The notes beneath the pieces were generated by a model that was not told the origin of the DNA, made no database searches, and saw only the letters and a program-made list of their open reading frames with translations. From positions 5,770 to 69,769 of the IMG/VR virus record IMGVR_UViG_3300011434_000008: a DNA stretch of 64,000 nt; one strand, given 5' to 3'. Positions within the stretch are counted from its first letter, which is position 1; each line of letters opens with the position of its first letter. The translations under genes were made by a program, and so were the position numbers. Source of the DNA: a virus. Its lineage: Duplodnaviria; Caudoviricetes. Below are positions 61,912-64,000 of the stretch, piece by piece.

Positions 61912-61978
61912 CGTTTCGTCCTATCGTCTTTCTTCTCGGTATACCTCGGAAAGAAAATCGTTCGGAAGCTTTCCATTC

Positions 61979-62230
61979 TCACCTCTCCAGTTTTTTCTTT
62001 TTTCGATTTGATTTTGTCAGTCGGTCGTTCCTCACTGCAGACAGCATCAGGCGGGCTCCTGGAATCGGAACTCCGTTTCTATCGTTGATGAAAAATTGGA
62101 AATTGTGGATCAGCCCGCAATCACAGCACTCCATCTTGAAATTCTGGAGGTTCGCGACCTCATACAGCGTGTCGTCTCGGCACTGAACCTTTTCTGTTAC
62201 GATTGCCCAGTGGACACGCTTGGTCGGCAT
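61979..62230 (-). CDS. small Cys-containing hypothetical protein
   Basis: CCDCGLIH motif; AAAGGA RBS. Confidence 0.6.
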   Translation of the reverse strand: MPTKRVHWAIVTEKVQCRDDTLYEVANLQNFKMECCDCGLIHNFQFFINDRNGVPIPGARLMLSAVRNDRLTKSNRKKKKLER

Positions 62231-62235
62231 GATGG

Positions 62236-62838
62236 CTATCCTTTCTCGGGGATGTTGGCTCCTGCGGCTCGGGCCTTCGAGAGCATGATCGCGACTCGCT
62301 GCTTGTCCGCCTGCTTTGGTCCTTTCTTTCGCAGAGTAGCTCCCAGAACCTTCGGAGGGTTGTTCTTGAGTTCCTTGCCTGCCGCCCGGACAAGACGTTG
62401 AGTCTTGCTGGGAACCTTCTTCTTTCCAGAACCCAGGGAACTGGCAGCCGCTGAGACCTTGCCGCCGCGCCGGTACTTCTTTGCTTCTTTCACCGGGAGC
62501 ACGGCTTCGCCTTTGTGGAGCTTCGCGAGTCCTGTCTTGGGAACGTTCTTCGTTCCTTTCTTATAGGACTTGGCGCGCTTCTCTTGAAGCTCGTACAGTC
62601 GGACCTCCGCTGGAGTCGAGCTTCCGATGCTCTTGCGGATTCGGTAGTCGCGAAGTCTCTGAGTGGATTTCGTCAACTCTTTTTCTTCCGCAGGGTCGCG
62701 AGCCGAGTCCGGCTCGGCCTTCTTCGTCCGGTCATCCTTCTTGGATTTCTCCTCGGACGCCTCATCGATATCCTTCTTCCGCGTCTGAAGCGCTGCGGCA
62801 GCAGCAGAGTATGGATTCCAACTCTTTGTGTCGGGCAT
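62236..62838 (-). CDS. basic low-complexity phage protein
   Basis: KGT..VPKTG.A.LHKGEAVLP and KQ..AI.LS.AR motifs recalled from phage head-region proteins. Confidence 0.6.
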   Translation of the reverse strand: MPDTKSWNPYSAAAAALQTRKKDIDEASEEKSKKDDRTKKAEPDSARDPAEEKELTKSTQRLRDYRIRKSIGSSTPAEVRLYELQEKRAKSYKKGTKNVPKTGLAKLHKGEAVLPVKEAKKYRRGGKVSAAASSLGSGKKKVPSKTQRLVRAAGKELKNNPPKVLGATLRKKGPKQADKQRVAIMLSKARAAGANIPEKG

Positions 62839-62839
62839 G

Positions 62840-63274
62840 TTAGACTCCTAGTGGTCCGGCTGGCGCTGCCGGTAACGGCATCGGTCCAGCTTCGGGAGAG
62901 ATAGGTCCGGGTCCAGCTGCAGATGGTAACTGCGGAGCAGCGGAGATATCAGGAGGCAACGCGGGCTCTGGCGTCGCAGGTCCGCCGAGTCCCATGTATT
63001 CGCCGACGTGGGAAGACAAAGCATCGGGACCAAGCGCGTGTTGCTCGGACTCGACAGGCGGCGCGCCGGGCTCAGACTTGAACTCGTGATCGACAAGAAA
63101 CTGACCGTTCGCGGTCTTACTGATGTGCATCCGCTGGACGGCCTTCTTCACGGCTTTGTCGATGTACAGCTTCGTAGCCTCGGGTACGCGAGGAGACGCA
63201 TCCTTCTTCGGCTTGGCACTCTTCTTTTTCTTGTCCCCGCTGAGGGCCGATTTTGTGCGACTTTGCTTTGCCAT
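62840..63274 (-). CDS. hypothetical protein, paralog of 63279-63698
   Basis: ATG at 63274; RMHISKTANG...HEF...EQHAL...H; Pro/Ala-rich tail. Confidence 0.6.
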   Translation of the reverse strand: MAKQSRTKSALSGDKKKKSAKPKKDASPRVPEATKLYIDKAVKKAVQRMHISKTANGQFLVDHEFKSEPGAPPVESEQHALGPDALSSHVGEYMGLGGPATPEPALPPDISAAPQLPSAAGPGPISPEAGPMPLPAAPAGPLGV

Positions 63275-63278
63275 TGGT

Positions 63279-63698
63279 CTACCGTCCTTTGATGAGTGCG
63301 TCAGCGCGCCCCAATAACTCGGATGTGGGGGCGGTAGGCTTCGCGGAGGTTGCTCGAACATCAGCCCGTATCTTATCGTAAGTGTCCGGAACTGCCGGTG
63401 CCGCAGGTCGAGCGGTAGCGGGCTTCGTCAAGGAGCCGTGCTCTTTCTCATACGCCTGAACGTTGGCTTGCTTGGCATCAATAGCTTTCTTCTCTTCACT
63501 CAGGTTGAAAGACTGACGCAAATGCTCGAAGAACCCAGTCTTCGGTAGAGCATGGATCTCTTCAGGACCCTCGCTGTACTGGTGCGTAGCCTTGATGTGC
63601 CCGTTGGTGGTGTGCTCCAGGCTCATGCGCCGCAACTCACGAAGCGTCGGCTCGTCTTTCTTTCCGCCAAGAACTTCTTTTGACTTGCTGTCGGCCAT
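63279..63698 (-). CDS. hypothetical protein, paralog of 62840-63274
   Basis: RMSLEHTTNG...HQY...EIHAL...H; GAGGA RBS. Confidence 0.6.
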   Translation of the reverse strand: MADSKSKEVLGGKKDEPTLRELRRMSLEHTTNGHIKATHQYSEGPEEIHALPKTGFFEHLRQSFNLSEEKKAIDAKQANVQAYEKEHGSLTKPATARPAAPAVPDTYDKIRADVRATSAKPTAPTSELLGRADALIKGR

Positions 63699-63708
63699 GT
63701 GCGTATCC

Positions 63709-63993
63709 TCAATTCAGTGACATCATCACCGGAAACATTCCGAATCTAACTTCTTTGATTTCGAACTGAGGCCGCACGCAAGTTGGGAGCACTAGACGGT
63801 GCCTCACACAGTACGCCATTTCAATCTTCGCGAGATGATCAAACAGAGGCTCGGGGTCAAAGGGAATCGGTCCATCACCTTTGATGAACTCCCCGAGATT
63901 GACAACCCATGCCTCTCTACCTCGGCTACTCGGATTCGGTTCCTTCATCTTTGTCCTCGTGGCCGTGCTCTTCGGCTTCCTCTTCGGAGTCAC
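63709..63993 (-). CDS. hypothetical protein (start may lie at or beyond the window edge)
   Basis: 94-aa ORF at the window end. Confidence 0.45.
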   Translation of the reverse strand: MTPKRKPKSTATRTKMKEPNPSSRGREAWVVNLGEFIKGDGPIPFDPEPLFDHLAKIEMAYCVRHRLVLPTCVRPQFEIKEVRFGMFPVMMSLN

Positions 63994-64000
63994 CGGCGAA

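Noticed and set aside
18586-63993. Many + strand ORFs of 60-376 aa opposite the structural genes, and - strand ORFs opposite the early arm
   Set aside because: They are antisense shadows of motif-bearing genes in GC-rich DNA, with no RBS or recognisable motifs.
1-64000. Stop-codon reassignment
   Set aside because: Long genes are intact under the standard code, all three stops terminate genes, and no suppressor tRNA is present.

Overview
This window is most of the genome of a GC-rich tailed phage with podovirus-like architecture; no integrase, DNA polymerase, CRISPR array or reverse transcriptase is visible. The + strand arm (1-18589) holds early, replication and lysis genes: an SSB-type tail, a miniature UvrD helicase, a Cas4-like nuclease, a primase-helicase, a sigma factor, an SleB endolysin with holin and spanin-like genes, a nucleotide-remodelling group (DUF550-like, DUF5664-like, deoxyribosyltransferase, metallophosphoesterase), a cellular-type RecA and an Acb2/Tad1-like protein. 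The - strand arm (18549-64000) holds terminase, portal, scaffold, an N4-gp56-like capsid, five tRNAs, paired adaptors, a tail protein, collagen-like fibres and a P22/T7-type ejection set. The last ejection-set gene encodes a ~3715-aa polyvalent protein. Its strongest feature is a complete B12-binding-like plus radical SAM module (CxxxCxxC), followed by HhH-like, ADP-ribosyltransferase, GNAT-like, HExxH and possibly SAM-lyase-like domains. All family assignments come from motif recognition by eye; no database search was run.
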